DNA from: Thalia democratica
Lineage: Eukaryota
Assembly: GCA_965202585.1 (NCBI GenBank)
Contig: OZ241827.1
Location: 72,292,001 to 72,356,000 of the forward strand
Length of the DNA stretch: 64,000 nt
Direction: 5' to 3'
Positions 1 to 14,570 of this stretch are shown in pieces. The notes under the pieces were generated by a model. The model had not been told where the DNA came from, searched no databases, and saw only the letters and a program-made list of their open reading frames with translations. Every line of letters starts with the position of its first letter. Position 1 is the stretch's first letter. The position numbers were made by a program, and so were the translations under genes.

Positions 1-3000
1 ATTGCAAACAAACAAATCGGATACAAACTACAAACGACCCCCTTACACATGTATTAACTTGAAACCCACCCATGCGTGACACCCCCTTTTCCCACCCCCT
101 TCTCGCGTTGCTGATTGTCCTCCCCTTGCGCCGGTCGCCTTCTGAGCTTTTTTCCCCGCTCGTGTGCCAGTACAAACAAATTGCCCCCTTGCGCTTGATT
201 GCTTCGGTTTCCGCTCGCTTTTCATGCACCTCCTGGTAGCCAGCTTGTTCACAAGCCCCTGACGCAAAACTGCTAGAAAAACCGGCCCTGGTTCGTCAGA
301 GGCGTTTTCTAACAAGGCCACAATGGCCACTATTGTTTGAAATGGTGCGAAAGTGACTAATTCTGTGAGGAATGTTCCAAGCGCGGCGATTAAGTTATTA
401 GCAGGCTGTGAAAACGCGGCTTTGCGCTGATAATTGTTCTGATGCCCTTCTACTTCGACGGCGTTCGAACCCAGTAGACCCCAAATACTATTCCGCAGAG
501 GTTAGAAACGTATCAGCAGACTCATGTGTGGTTTTGAAGTAAAGCTGAGCAATTTATTAACTAGTGTTACACAATCAAAGTGAATAGCCCTCTTAGTAGT
601 TGGCGTTTGTAAACTCAACTGCCCTGTTTACAGTCTAGAAAATGTTAGACTTTGACGTTGGTGTTATTTTTGAAATACAGATTTAATTGTCTGGTGATTT
701 GTAAAAGAAATATGTGTAATGAAAGTGTTTGTAGATTTCGAAAAATACTTGTTTATTAAATATCCAAACAATCGAACTTAAGCGATCTTTGTACGTCGTT
801 ATAGGTTGCACATTTTCTATTAATAAAAGGTTTTAATACAGGGATGGCCAAAAGTAGTTTTCTTAAAAAGCAAGTACTTTAAAAGACTAGTATTAAATTA
901 AGCACAAATGGTATGTGTTTTCTGTGGTGATGAAAATAAAATCTCTTCAAGCAGCACTAAGGTACAACTAGTTTAGAGAAGTGTTTAGAGAAGTTTACAC
1001 GTTTAATCTTTTTACTAACGAACACAACTGCTTCTAATGCCTTTTAAAAAGAGAAAAATTTCAAGGTTTATACTAATATTGAGTATATTTGTATAAAAAT
1101 TATAAAAAAAACTATACATTTTTTAATAAATAATGTGCCGTTTTAAAAAAAAAAACCTGGTATAAAAGATAAGTGAAGAATGTATGTCACCAAATGAAAA
1201 CATTTTTTTTCCTAGTTAAAACGTTTAGTTTTAGTATCAAAACGATTAAAATAGCTAATACTTTTAATACTAGCTAACCACCGATTTACTAGTAAAAGTT
1301 TGTGCTCAATCACCTTTTAGTACTATTTTAGAGTAGTCAGGTGTTTCTACTTGTAGTTCGATGTTTGAATATTTTTAGTCATATTCTAGTAGTTTCTAGT
1401 TGTTGAATGTTTCTACTTGTGTTTCGTCGGCTGAATATTTCTAGTAGTATTTCAGCAGTTGAACTTTTCTGCTGGTGGTTGAATGTATTGAAGCATCTAG
1501 TCGGCATAATTAGCATTCCTCTCTGTTACCCTCAATAGCTCGAATTCTCACGCAAGTACAAATATTTTAATGTGTTTTATTTTTACATCTTTTGTTTTTT
1601 TTATTGCAAGAGCGTGCGTCTTTGAACAAGCTCTTTGATGGGCATTTAGTAACATATTTTGCTGAAAGGTGTCACAAATACGTTATGTTCTTGTTCTGTT
1701 TTTGATTTAGACATTTTTAATATTTTTATTAAATTTTACCTAGTTAAGTTCTTTAGTAACTAAAAATCGAAAAAAAATCTTAAATTAAGCTTTATAGTAA
1801 ATTCTTTTTCACTAGCTAACAAAATGTTTAAGATTGACTTTGAGTTTTAACTAATTTTTAATCAACTACATACTGATGACCTAGCTTATACTACATACTT
1901 TTATTATTTTCATTGCAAAAGCGTGCTCGTCCTAAGAATTTATTGTGATCGACATCTAAGTGACATTTTTATTGGAAGTGGTAACAAAAACTTTTACTTC
2001 TTGATCTATTTTGATTTAGATACTCTTGATATTTTATGAAGTTAGATGGTTAAGCTCTTCAGTAATTTGATATCAGTATTTAGATTTAGATAATTTAGAA
2101 TAATAATTCAATTATCCCCTTAAACTTACGTTTAAAGTGCTTTCCTTGTGTTTATAGATTTATCACTAGTTACTCATAACAATTAGAATAGACTTTGAGT
2201 TTTAAATACTTTTTTAGTTTTATAAAAAATGTTACACGTTGCTCTAAATAAAATTGTTCGTATTTATATAACTACATTGTAAAAATTTTCAACTAAAAAA
2301 CATTGATTTATTTTATGAGGAAAATATAAACTAATTGTGAAGGTACTTGCAATGTAAAAACAAATTGAGGTTCAAGCATTTAGAAAAGTACTGGTAGATG
2401 TAACTGTATTTAGTAAAAAGTGTAACTGATTTTCTGCAACTGAACTCAAATTCACACTTTTAATCTTTCGTATGTGAGGTTAAAAGTAAAAATACTGAAA
2501 TTGAGAGCAAGTTCGAAACAAAACGCTCTTTTTAAAGATGTGAAACCAGGGATTTGTCACTACGGATTACCATGGTTACCAGGTGGATTACCGGGTCGCA
2601 ACCTGGATCTGCCACCGCAATTTCCATGACGACCTCGTTGTATTTTTGCGTTGCTACGTAATCTTTATATGAACAAATACATTTATAAAAACACATTGTG
2701 CTCTGCAACCATGTAATTCGGAAGCTAATCTCGCCTTACATGAGGGCTTAGCTTTTTAAGCTGAGCAAACTTTAGACATGGTAGAAATAATAGACACTTG
2801 TTTCTATTTTTAAATTATTTTACGCATTTTAGCACACAGGTGAAGCCGGTTTTACTGAAAATTTCAAGTAAAAAAAGTAAAACTTTAAGGCAATCTGCGA
2901 AAAAGTACAAGAATCGTGAAGATATTCTTTAAATAGCTCTGTTTGTATTTGAAAAAAAAGCTCTGTGAGTAGTCTTTTTATTTAGAAATTTTTTTAATGT

Positions 3001-5945
3001 TTTTAAGTAAAAATAAAAACATTATCATATGATAAATGAAGTTTTAAATGTTGCTTGAAAATTTTCTTTATTTTAAAAACCATTAGAAAATTTGCTAATT
3101 TACTATTTACACAAACAAATAAAAATGTTCCCACAAAACTCACAACAAGACGGAAGTAAATCAACTTCCACTGATAAAACATCAACAAAAGATTCTCTGC
3201 TACCAACAACAACATTCTCAAGAAACTCTTCGTATGAAGACGTGGTAGCAAAAAGCAAACAAGTTACAACCGGTTGCCAAACATCCTTTTGGACGGAGGC
3301 ACGTTTTGCAAAGTTTGCTCACTGTATGCCCTCAGTTTAAGTGTATGCCCGCAGTACAACTTGCCCGCAGTTTACCATCTTCTCCGGAGGTATTGTAAAT
3401 CAATCACTGCTTCTTGTTTACGTTGCTTGCTGCTTCGTTACTAGCTGATCGATGCGTCTCCTAGGGCGTGTGAATGTGTTTTTGAATAAAAAATGTTTTC
3501 TTTGAAGTCGAAAGAAGATTAGTGCTGTATTGTTTATGTAATTAAAAAGCAGCTAATCAATGCAGAGCCCTTTGTTGGTGCTTGTACAATCTCAAAAATG
3601 AACTACAAGCAAACTTTTGTTTACAAAGTCTAAAGAAACCGAGTTTTGCAATTTTAAGCTAGCGGATTTAGAGGATATCCTTCATTTTTACAAATCATAC
3701 AGTAGCTAAACAAATTAAAATTTTCTAAAGCTTGTAGTTATATAAACAAGTTAACATATACAAAACAAATAGTGTATTACTTTAAAGGCCTAAAAAAGCC
3801 TAACAAAAGTATGTACCTTTTACAGCGTTTAAATTATTTAAATAAATTTAAATGAAACTTGTGAACCTTGTTAAAAATAAATTACAAAATGACGTAACAA
3901 GGCTTAAAAACTATTATTTAACGTATGTATGTTTCGATTCGTGTTTTTTTTTTACTGATGTTCTGGCTTACACTTAAAAGTAAATTAAAAGTTTGTTTAA
4001 GACAAAACTTGTGTTTCATTTAAACTAACTAAGTATACAATACAAATAAACGTTTGTTTTAAAAATATCAATTATTTGGTATACTTGAATAACTAGATTA
4101 AATGTTGTTGTTAAACAACTTGAACTTACGCACATGCAACGAGATTTATAAGAAGGAACATCGTAAATTTACATGCTGCAAGTATATGGCAATCAAAGCG
4201 GGTCGTAAATGAAATTACGACAAGTTAAGTCAAGGTAAACATCTCGGCAGTCGCGCGTTATTAGTTTAGCGGTTATTTAGAGGTTTCTGCAGAGTCGGCC
4301 GTAATTCATCTGTTGAACATTTACTGCGTGCCTGCGATGAAGCAGCAGTGGAAATTAAAGCAAACATTTTTTTTGTTTTTATCTGTTTATTAAATTTTAA
4401 GCTTGATACAAAACTTGGGTTAAGCAAAAAACTTGAACCTTTTTCTCAACAAAATAAGAATTATGCCGATGTAAAGCACATCCTTAGTTTAATCTGAAAG
4501 TCTATATTTTTAATTTAGAAAAGATTACTTTTAAAAGTTTCAATTTCTCGTAACTCATTAATAGTAATATTTTAAAGACATTAATTTACGGAATTAGTTT
4601 ATATTATATGACTTAAAATTTACTTTAAAAAATATGGAATTATAATCTCTATCTAGCATACACTATACAACATACTTTATAACCTTTTATAACGAAAGTT
4701 TTGCTTAATTCATTTGGAAACTTTTATTTTTCTAAATGTTTATATATATTTTAAAGCATTTTAATACGTTTAAAAAATTAAAATCAAGTACTCAATAAGT
4801 TTAAATGGATTGTAGTCTCAAGAGCATTGAAATTTAAACCAAAGTAACTTTTGAAAGAGGACCAAACAATCAAACTTTATTATTGAGTAATCTTTGAGCT
4901 TTTCTTACTCTTGTACAAGTAATTTATTCAGTACACAAGGCAATACTTTCCAATAAAAACTTTGTGAAACTAATTATTTTTATATATCAAAATACACCAG
5001 ACAATACTAGTTACATCATTCAACATTATTTCTATTAATTATATATTTATCGCATTCCGTAGACCCGGTCCCAAAAGTCTGCAGTTGGAATCAAAACTGT
5101 CTAGGAATTTGAAACTGTGTTCAGAAATAAAAAGCTTAAGGGATTTAGTCGAAAGCATGCTGTATTTTAATAAAGTTAATTTGATTACCGTATAGCGTTA
5201 TTGAATATTAGTTTCGTCATGTGCAATGCTGAAATACTGTCTCATAAAAATAGTAACAAAGTAGGTGTTGGAAATAATAAAGCAAAGTTTAAAAAGCGAA
5301 TGTTAAAATTGAAGCGCAAATTATTGCTGAAATCAATCAAAATTAATTTATAATTAAAAAAGCTGGACTTCATTGCGCGCGGGTATTTAGCCAAGCACAA
5401 AATTCTAATTATTATCTTAAACCTTCTCACGCTCTATACACTGTAGCTTGTTAGAAAGCTAATCAAATATATTTTTCAAAGTCAGCTTGGTTTTTTAGTT
5501 CTACTTTTAAGCATAAAGAAATAAATTGGTAGTTGTAAAAAATTTCAGTTAGAGAAACATGAAAAAATTTTTGAAACTGTTTATGATATCACTAAAGTAC
5601 ATGATTTTAAATTAAAACTATTTTTCATGAAAAATAAATACATTTTTCAACGCCTGTCTAATTAAAGGTAATTAGTTATGCAAAATAGCACTGAGTATTC
5701 TAGCAAATTCTCACAATATTTACAATATTTTGCACTTACACTGCTTAGTAGGTAAAAATCAAAAACTATGTACAATACTTTTTTGGATATCATTTATTAA
5801 AACTAAATAGATATATGATGCTATTTTACAAACACTTTACTATTTATTTAAAAATTTGCAATATTTTTGGAAATAATATTTTAAATGCTTAGTCAACTTT
5901 TTTTGCAGTTTGTTTGAACAGCGGCCCTTGTATTTATTCTGCATT

Positions 5946-6134
5946 GTCTCCTTAGCAACTAAAATACAGAAGCACTTGTCTCCGTAGCAACGAACATACA
6001 GAAGCCAAATTGTCTCCCTAGCAACACGGCGACGATAATCCCTAAACCGCAACTAATCGTCGCCCCTGATCTGCGGTCGGCAATTATGAAAACACCGTTT
6101 TGTTGTCAGGGGAGTATGGTTGTTGCTAGGCAAC
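5946..6134. promoter_or_regulatory. RFX X-box cluster
   Basis: GTCTCCnTAGCAAC at 5946, 5978 and 6012, plus GTTGCTAGGCAAC at 6122. Confidence 0.6.
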
Positions 6135-9100
6135 GAAGCAGGTTGTCACGCGAAGCAGCAAGCTGTGCAAAGAGCACCTTTGTGGCCATGGTTATTTCGG
6201 TAACAAAATGTCTGTTTCGTGTTTTGGCGCGACCCGCGGAGGTCTAGCCCAGATCGTTGCACGCGAAACAATCGTAATCGAGGTAATTAACATACATTGA
6301 TAAATTAACATTAACATTGTTTTCGACTGCATAGCGTGCAGTGTAGGCTTGTACCTGCTATATTTAGCAGTACAAGCTTTGATTGAAATCGTTGTAAAAG
6401 TAAAACATGCGTTAGAGATGTATTTGGTAAAAAATTGAAGCCTGCACGTGTTTCTTTGTACTTTTCGTGTACTAGCTGTACTTTTTACAAAGGTATAGCG
6501 TTTAATGCACTTGTTCATGTTTAGATATTAAAATACAAGAAAACCTAAGATTCTTATAAAAAACTTTAAAAGTTAAGTTATGTTGTAATTTTAGTCAAAA
6601 GAGCAAAAAGTTTACAAAGCATAACTTGTGCATACCGTAAAAATAAAACAAATTGGTTTAAAAATTTTAGTATGGCTTAATTGTAACTGAAACTGTTTTA
6701 TTATTATTTGGCATTTTCTAGCGAGCAAAAATTTGTTTTCAAAAACAAAACTATCTCAAATATAGCAACCTATAATACAACGCAGTTGTTAAAGCGGTAG
6801 ATATATTTTCACCACAAGTTTGTGTTTTAATTTTACAACTTTTTAAAACTAAAAACAAATGTGCAACATGATTTTTTTATTCAAACGTATAAAGTTACAA
6901 GTTTTGGTTCATTCTACGCCGAACCATAACGGGTTTTACAGGAAAATGTTGTGAAAAGTGCAGGTAAAGTGCAATAGGTCGCCTCCTTGGTTGCGTATTA
7001 AGTAGGCACTAATTCGGGGGTCAAGTATTATGTATGGGCTTATGTTACAATCAGGTATTAATCATTCAGTGTTTCCTCTTATCAGATATTTCAAAGAAGG
7101 CTACGGTTTAGTTAATTACTTTTAGTTTTAATTACTTTCAATTTGTTTTGTTTCTCTTTAATCTTTGCCTTTTGACTGTGTACTTGTTTTTTATCTCAGT
7201 AAAAGTGATATAAAAGTTTGATTAACACTTCCTAGGAGTGCTAAAGGTTATCCTTGATTTGGCATTGTCTACTCCCGAAATAATATCAATTATATGTTTA
7301 AAAATACTTTTCAAGGGGATAAAGTTATTTAATCTATAAAAAACACGCTTCTGACGCAATTATCTTTTTACATGATATTTTTTAAATAGCGCAAAATACA
7401 CTTAATCTGCTATTATCAAAAATGTCAAAGTATTTAATAATAAAAACTCGTCTATAGACGCTAGATAACGTCTGTACATCAAAACCAAACCAGTTTCAAT
7501 CCAAAAAGGCAGAGAAATCTAGACGAAATTGAAAATCTGCAAAAGTTGGCCCGCGACCAGCTACGGTTCGTCTTGTACTTTTCGCTTCGAGTTCTAGCAA
7601 AGTAATCTTCTAGAAAAACAATCAAACAGAAAACGACGCACGGGCCAATTGTTGAGTTGAAACAATAGAAGTTTCGATTGTTTACACTCTGCCGAAACTC
7701 CCACGCAGCTCAACGTTTACAAACCGGTTGCCACCGTTGCCTCTTGCTTGTCCTGCTATCGGGCCGCTTCGAATTTCGCTTTGAAAAGCTTTTCCGTATC
7801 AAAGCGCAAAAGTATTAACTTGAATGCAAGGGGTTCGAACAATCACGCTCTGTTACTTATGCTTGTAAGGTTTGTAAAACTTTATTTTTAAGGCTCGCGC
7901 ACAAATCAAAGCAATTCGACTTTTAATCCCGTAATTTGAGAGTTGATCCAATTGTTGGCATTAAGATATTTGTGTTTACGGGAACGGGGGTTCTGATTCC
8001 GGGTACTGCTCATGTTTCAATTAATTTCGTCGCTATTTATAAGTTGGTATTACTAAAAGCTGTTTGAAGTTTTAAAAAGCTTCTAAATGTTAATGCTTTT
8101 CGTCGAAAAAAGGAAATAGTTCGCATTTTTACACGATCAAAAAATATTGCTCATTTTAAATAAGAATACGTCACGATAGTATTTAAAGTAGTGTACATGT
8201 TAACATTTTTTCTTGCCTTCAAACTTAATTGTCAACTGAAGATAGATGTATAAGTTGGTAAATTAAAAAACTAAGTACAGTAATAAGTTTGGAAAATCAG
8301 CAGGAATTTTTTTTTCTAAAAATGTTTAAAATAACAAAGATTGTGCTTAGTTTATCAATTTCTTAAGCTTTTACTTTTAGTTATGAAGTAAAAAATTTTA
8401 GATTGAAATTGATAATTTACTACATAAAAAATGAAAAGAAAGCAAATCCTTGTTGATTTTTTTAGACTATTAGATTTTTCAGGTACTAAACGTAATCAAA
8501 CATGGGTTAAAAACATTTTATGAACTCTAATCAAAAATAAAAACTTAAAACATATTTTCTTAGTGATGTATTGTTATTATTAGTTTGTTTTCTTTTTTTA
8601 TTTTTGTTTTTAAGTTATATTACACAGCTGACAGACTGATTGAAGTTTTTTTCTTTCATATGTTTTTGTAGGCAATTAAGAAACAAAACAAAATAAACAA
8701 ATAATTAATATTAAAACTTAAGTAGCTCTTTAATCTTTATTTAAGTATGTTGTTTTTCTTTGGATATTTTACATGATATGTTTTTTTCAATTAGCGCCCT
8801 AGATATTTTTCTTTAATTTAAAGTCTCACTAATTTTCTAAAAAATCTTATAATAGCTAATTTATAAGCTATCTGTTTTTTTTAAATAAATTTTTTTTAAA
8901 AGGTTAGGAATAAAAAATAATCGAAATAAACTGACAAAGTTTTACGTATTGGAAACAGTTTTGTAACATTTTAAAATATAGCTCGATAAAGTATTGAAAA
9001 AATATTTTTGAATAATATTCTTAGAATTGTCTTTTGTTTGAAAATGTAAATGACATACTAGACTTAAATTCAAAATAGTCAAAGTTCTATATTAAACCGT

Positions 9101-9401
9101 TATTAAACCAAAATTTCATATCAAACAAAGTTCATTCGCGTTTTACTCCATTTACTTAACTTACTCCACACATTCTGCTACCATACATATTACTAAATAA
9201 CCTTGACAGAACTACTAACAGGAACATTTAAAAGGTATAAATTTTATTTTATCGTTCTAATCAGCGTTTATTGCGGTTTAAACGCTATAGGTGTGTGTTA
9301 TTAGCCAGGTAGACTTCACTCAAATATTAGCGAGCTAAACTTCACTCAAAACCCTCGTTCAAAGTTGCGCTTTGCGTCACGCAACGCTTACCTGCGCCGT
9401 T

Positions 9402-9570
9402 GATTAATTTATTTCAGAAGTTAAAACAGGCTTTAGTAGCGCGTTTAATGCAAATAATTAGAAACACTTTCAGGAGGTTTTCAGAAATGATTGATTTTTT
9501 TCAGAAGTTAATAGAGGCTTTAATAGAATAATAAATGTAACAAATTAAAAGTACTTCTTGGGAGGTTTTT
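9402..9570. repeat. Diverged ~88-bp tandem duplication
   Basis: Two copies of GATT..TTTCAGAAGTTAA.A.AGGCTTTA.TAG...GGAGGTTTT starting at 9402 and 9489. Confidence 0.7.
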
Positions 9571-10673
9571 GCAGTAAAACTACATCATAACTCATTGATT
9601 TAATTTGTTAAGTAATAAAGTTTTGCTAATTTATCCTTATTAAGCCGAGCATATGCTACCATTTGGTTAGAAATAGATCAACAGCATTAATGCATAAGTG
9701 CTAAAATTTAGTATAGTTTCAATGCAATTGTTTATTGTTAATGTGTGTTTTGTAGCAGTTATTTTTTTCTGTTCACTGAGTTTTTGATGTATCTATTTGT
9801 TATTTTATTTGCAGTAGATCACGAAAAATGTTTAAACTAAACAGGTTTAACCTATCATTTAAACACAGGTGTGTGAATTAAAAAAAAAAAACAGTAAAAC
9901 TGTTTAAAATGTGTAAATTAAAAGTTTATACTGGTTCAAAGTTAGTACTTGCATATTTGTTTGATTTGAGTTTGTTTTTAACTTTAAATTACTAAAACTT
10001 TTAAGTTTATCATTAGTTAAACTCAATTGTTGACTCTTCGACTAATAATAAGAATGTCTTTAAGTTTCAATAGGTTTTGTTCTTTGTTTTTAAAACTATT
10101 AGTACTTTTGACTTTATGTAGTCTAAAACGAAAAAAAAAGTTTATCATAGACTTTGAAGGTAAGACTAAGGTTTCGTACTGAACTAATAAGAGCAAAAAA
10201 AAAGCAATACAAATAAGTTATTTTTGTAGATAAAAGGCTGTTTTTAATTAAAAATGAATTTTAAAGCACATAAGTTGATAGAGTTCATGCTGTTTACAAA
10301 AGAAGTGTTTACATTTATCTAATCAGTATTACTAATTAAGTGCAAAAGCCTTTTGATGTATCAAGCATTAAATTTGATTCCCCAAAGGTAAATAAACGAA
10401 TGTACTTAGTGAAAACTTTAATATTAAAAACATCAAACAAAAACACTTTTACAAACGCTATTGAACCTTTAAATAGCTTTTATCATTCAGTAGTGTTGAG
10501 ATTTTTTATGCTAAAAAATATTAATTGGCAATGTATAAAATACTTAAGTTATTTGATTTTGTTAAACACAATGCAAAAATATACCACAAAACTTAAACCG
10601 TGTACAAAGTTAAACAGAGCAATTAGGTAGCAGCTAGAACAGCAATAAAAAGTTAATGGAACAAAGTGGCCGC

Positions 10674-11060
10674 GGATTAACTTTATATTTGGATGAGCGC
10701 GGTCGTTTTTAGGCACATTACACATTGGAAAGTATAAAAATCAGCCTTAATTACCTCCCGACCGCGTCTTCAAACGACAGATTTGGCTGCATTACGAAAC
10801 TAATCTGCAATAAATGAGCGGATTAAGCTTGCAACAAATTAACGAACGTCAAGTTTTACACGTGCATGTGTGTTTACTGTTGTAGAAAAAAACATTTGAT
10901 TCAATCATGTTTTATGTGGGAAGTGATTATATTTGTGTTGATGTTCGCACGTGCACGTTACATGTTTACTATCGAAAAGAAAAAACAATTTTGTTTGATT
11001 CACAGTAGTTTGGGTTAATTTTGCATGGGAAGTGGTAACTTTTGCGTTGATGTTTGTTGT
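10674..11060. promoter_or_regulatory. Candidate enhancer with Otx-type, E-box and Su(H)/CSL motifs
   Basis: GGATTA at 10674 and 10820; GTGGGAA at 10916 and ATGGGAA at 11025 within a duplicated module; two CACGTG. Confidence 0.4.
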
Positions 11061-14000
11061 GTTTAATTAATTGAAAACACATGTATTAGTGTTAACGTAT
11101 CTTAATCTTAGTTTTAGTTGGCGTTTAGCCTGTGCAGTAAATAAAATCTAATAACAATTTGTAAGTTGATATGCAATTTTCATTGAAACAAAAAGATTAT
11201 ATATATTTTACAACTGTTTTGCAAGTTGTACTTTTCATAGCATGCAAGTGAAAAAAATCCATTTAAATGAGTAAAGAATCATTAAAGCCCGAAGAAAGAT
11301 AAACTTAAGCAAGAAACAAACTAGTAATTAGACATACAAATTTATTTATACCAATTAAAACTGTAAGTTTTATGAAGCGTAAGAAAAACGTGTAAACAAA
11401 CTGACATTCACACCAAAAACAAATCAAACGTGTTCCAAATACCAATGAAAGAACAACAAAACATACTATGACGTCACAGCAGCCTCTGTTTCGCCGCTTT
11501 TTGTTTCAAGCTCTGCGTTTTGCCGCTTCTCACTGAAGTTGACCCAAGCAACTTTAATTAGTCGCATTTTGCACATCGTATGAGCTAGCTCTACCTTCTT
11601 CGTATATGTGTGTGTGTGTGTACGAGTGAAGTTATTTGAACTTGAGCCTTTATTGGTGCTCAGCCTTTTCCTTTTTGCATTAATAAAATTGCGACTGCGA
11701 TATATCGGTGTGTGATACAACTGCGCAAAGTAAGTTGTGTATTCAGCATTTTGTGTTGCTTTATGTTTGAGTTTAGTGTTATTTTTTTGATATAAGTTTA
11801 TGAGTTGTTTTTTTTTTTTTTTGTGAAAAAAAGTGTAAACTACCGGAATTTATACTGATACGTTGAAAGTTATTTGAAAGGTTTCATAAAAAAAATTATA
11901 TAAATATATATATGCATATATATATTAAAAGTGCATATATATTTATATATATGATATATATTCTGAACTACTATAAAATTATACTGTACACCTGGCTTGA
12001 GCTAATTTAAAATTTTATAACAAAATGTTTAGTAAACAAAACTAATGTACCATAAAAAATGAGTTCATATAAGTTTTAAGATAAAGCATTTCTTATCACT
12101 ATACCTATTAGTGCCAGTTGTAAAGCTGCAAGAAAACTTTAACTTTTGTTTTGAATGCCGACAAGTGTAACTTACAAACGCAACGCTTGTATGCTGCTAC
12201 TAACTTTGAACACGGCTATATATACCGTAGAACAAACATATGTGCTAATTAACAAGCATTAAAAAAGCTTAATTAGTCACCGACGCCACAGTCAAACCGA
12301 GTTTCGTTATACAAGTTTGCTCGCAGAACTACTTTGCAAAAAATTCAGCCAATGAGCGCCGCGCGTTTTAAGCACAACATTTCGACTTTTCTTGATGGCA
12401 GTGCTCACTGAAGTGCTTGATTACACAGCTATAAGGTGGCTTTTTAATTTGCAACTACCAACTTATCACCTTTTCAATTTGCAACTATTTATTTTCAGCT
12501 GCCATACGTAATCAGCACAGCAGATTGATCAGTAGCTGCGAATATACATGCTGGAAGTTTTGTGTAAATATTTTTGCAAAGTGATTTACACTCTTCTGTG
12601 CGCGTTTATAGCTCGCCCGATTATTTCGTTGGACAGATTTAGATTTTAGTTAGCTTCATTGTTTTAACTGATTTTTTATGAGGATTTCTGTATTATATTT
12701 TATTAAGCGAACAGGTTAGTGATACGTAGTTGATATTTTGGAACTTTGTGTAATTTCAACTTTTACTTTGGTTGTTCTTTTTAAAACAATATTGATTGTC
12801 GATTTTTAGTTTTTCTTCCAGATGCCAGTTATATTTTAAAACTTTTTGTAAATGTTTGTGATAAACTTTCATTATTTGCTTAAGTTTTTTTTTAATACAA
12901 AACTTAAAAAATGTTTACAAGGAGTGACAAGGAAAAGTTAATGTTTTTTGTTCATTGTATTTTGTTACACATACATTTAAATAATAACCGCCAGTAAACA
13001 CTACTTTCATAATAATACATAATAAAAACAAAGAGTTAAAATATTTTTTAAGTAAATTTATTTTCAAACATTGATTTTCTTGGTAATTAAACAATTTTTT
13101 AGTATTATTTGAAAAATCATTGCTGCATTTTACATTGTTAGCGGCTCAGTTTTGTTTCATAATATACTATAAACTTTACTTTTTTTAATTATGCTTACCT
13201 CATAAGAAACGGTTTAGTTTTAGAAACAGATACGCTCATATCCTATTCACATTAAAAACTGATTACAGCATATAATTTATAGTATTAAACATATGGATTT
13301 ATCTGAAAACATATTAAATCAATCGATAATCAAATGTTCAGTTTGCACTATATTTTATTAGCTATTTTGCATAGAACTTTTATCAATTCTGTGTTTTATA
13401 AAACAGTGTGCTAGATTGACTTTTATTTTAGCATAAATATATTTACAATTCGTTTACATAAAGAAAATAAATCGTTTTATTTAACTATTTTTCTAGCCAC
13501 GTTTAAAATTGCAATTAATGTTGGAAATAATTTTCAGATTGATTTGAAATGAAACAATACTAAGATTAACCTTCGATTAAACATCTGTGGTGAAAGTCAT
13601 CAAAAGCAACTTTCTCACCACCGTTTATCGCATTTAATCTCAATTTATTGTCATAAACAAACGCGTTGTTTGGCTTATTGACCTACTTACTAAATGGAGA
13701 AAGTTTTATTTAATCTGCACAGCTTGTAATGAAAAATTACATAAATTAAAGCTAAACAAAGACTTTTTTGTTTTTATTTAATAAGGTTTTGTTTGAAGTT
13801 TAGCTGTAAATTTTCAATAGGAACAATTAATTAATTTTAATAGCAGTTCTTTGTTTAATTGCCAAAATTATTTTTTTATTTTAAGTTTTTTCTAACAAAA
13901 TGAGTTTAAATTTTTTATCTTGATGTTTTAAACAGTTACTTAGTGTCAATTATACAGTAGCTTTAAAGTTATTTTTATAGTTTAACAAAAGTTCTTTTTA

Positions 14001-14419
14001 TAGTGAACCAAGTTTTATTGAAAGTTTAACCGTTTTCATATGAAACAAATACTTTATTAAAATCTTTATAAAATAGTTTTTTGTTCAAGCCATAACTTTA
14101 CTTCTACATGTTTCAGCTTAGAAAAAAGAACTTTCTTTCTTTATATAATATTTCTACTTGCAGTAACATTAAAAAAAAATTGAAAGCAACTATTCAATAA
14201 TCTGTCTAAAACTATCAAAATTACAAATGTATATATATATATATATAAATACATATTTTTGACTAGTTTTTTTTCAAATGTTTGAGTGATTCAGTTGTAT
14301 CGAACTAAATATTCTGATCAGCTCCTAAGAAGCGTACAAAAAATAAAAACGATCGAGTGTTCGAGATTTGCAAACTTGCTAAACTCACAGACACGTTTCG
14401 CACTCTGTATAGTCTCAAA

Positions 14420-14570
14420 CGTTATGACGTAACAAACAAAGGCGAACTTGCCGAACCGGCGCTCACCCCGGGAGTGTCTGCGACCAATGTGACGTCACGA
14501 AACACGTTCTGTGACGTCATACAGGAAGCTCGAAGGGTCGACAACAAAAGAGCGGCGTGACGCGAAAAAT
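14420..14570. promoter_or_regulatory. CRE/CCAAT/E2F-like promoter-type island
   Basis: TGACGTAA at 14425, TGACGTCA at 14490 and 14512, an adjacent CCAAT, and CGCGAAAA near 14560. CpG-rich. Confidence 0.45.

Noticed and set aside
43-330. 95-aa minus-strand ORF
   Set aside because: Non-ATG start, no domain, lies in a GC-richer regulatory-looking island.
395-480. tRNA or SINE suggested by the B-box-like GTTCGAACCC near 463
   Set aside because: No convincing A-box spacing or cloverleaf.
1330-1500. Degenerate TGAATRTTTCTA.T.GT repeats
   Set aside because: Ordinary decayed minisatellite with no further structure.
3092-3340. Ser/Thr-rich ORF
   Set aside because: No homology recognised and no clear splice context.
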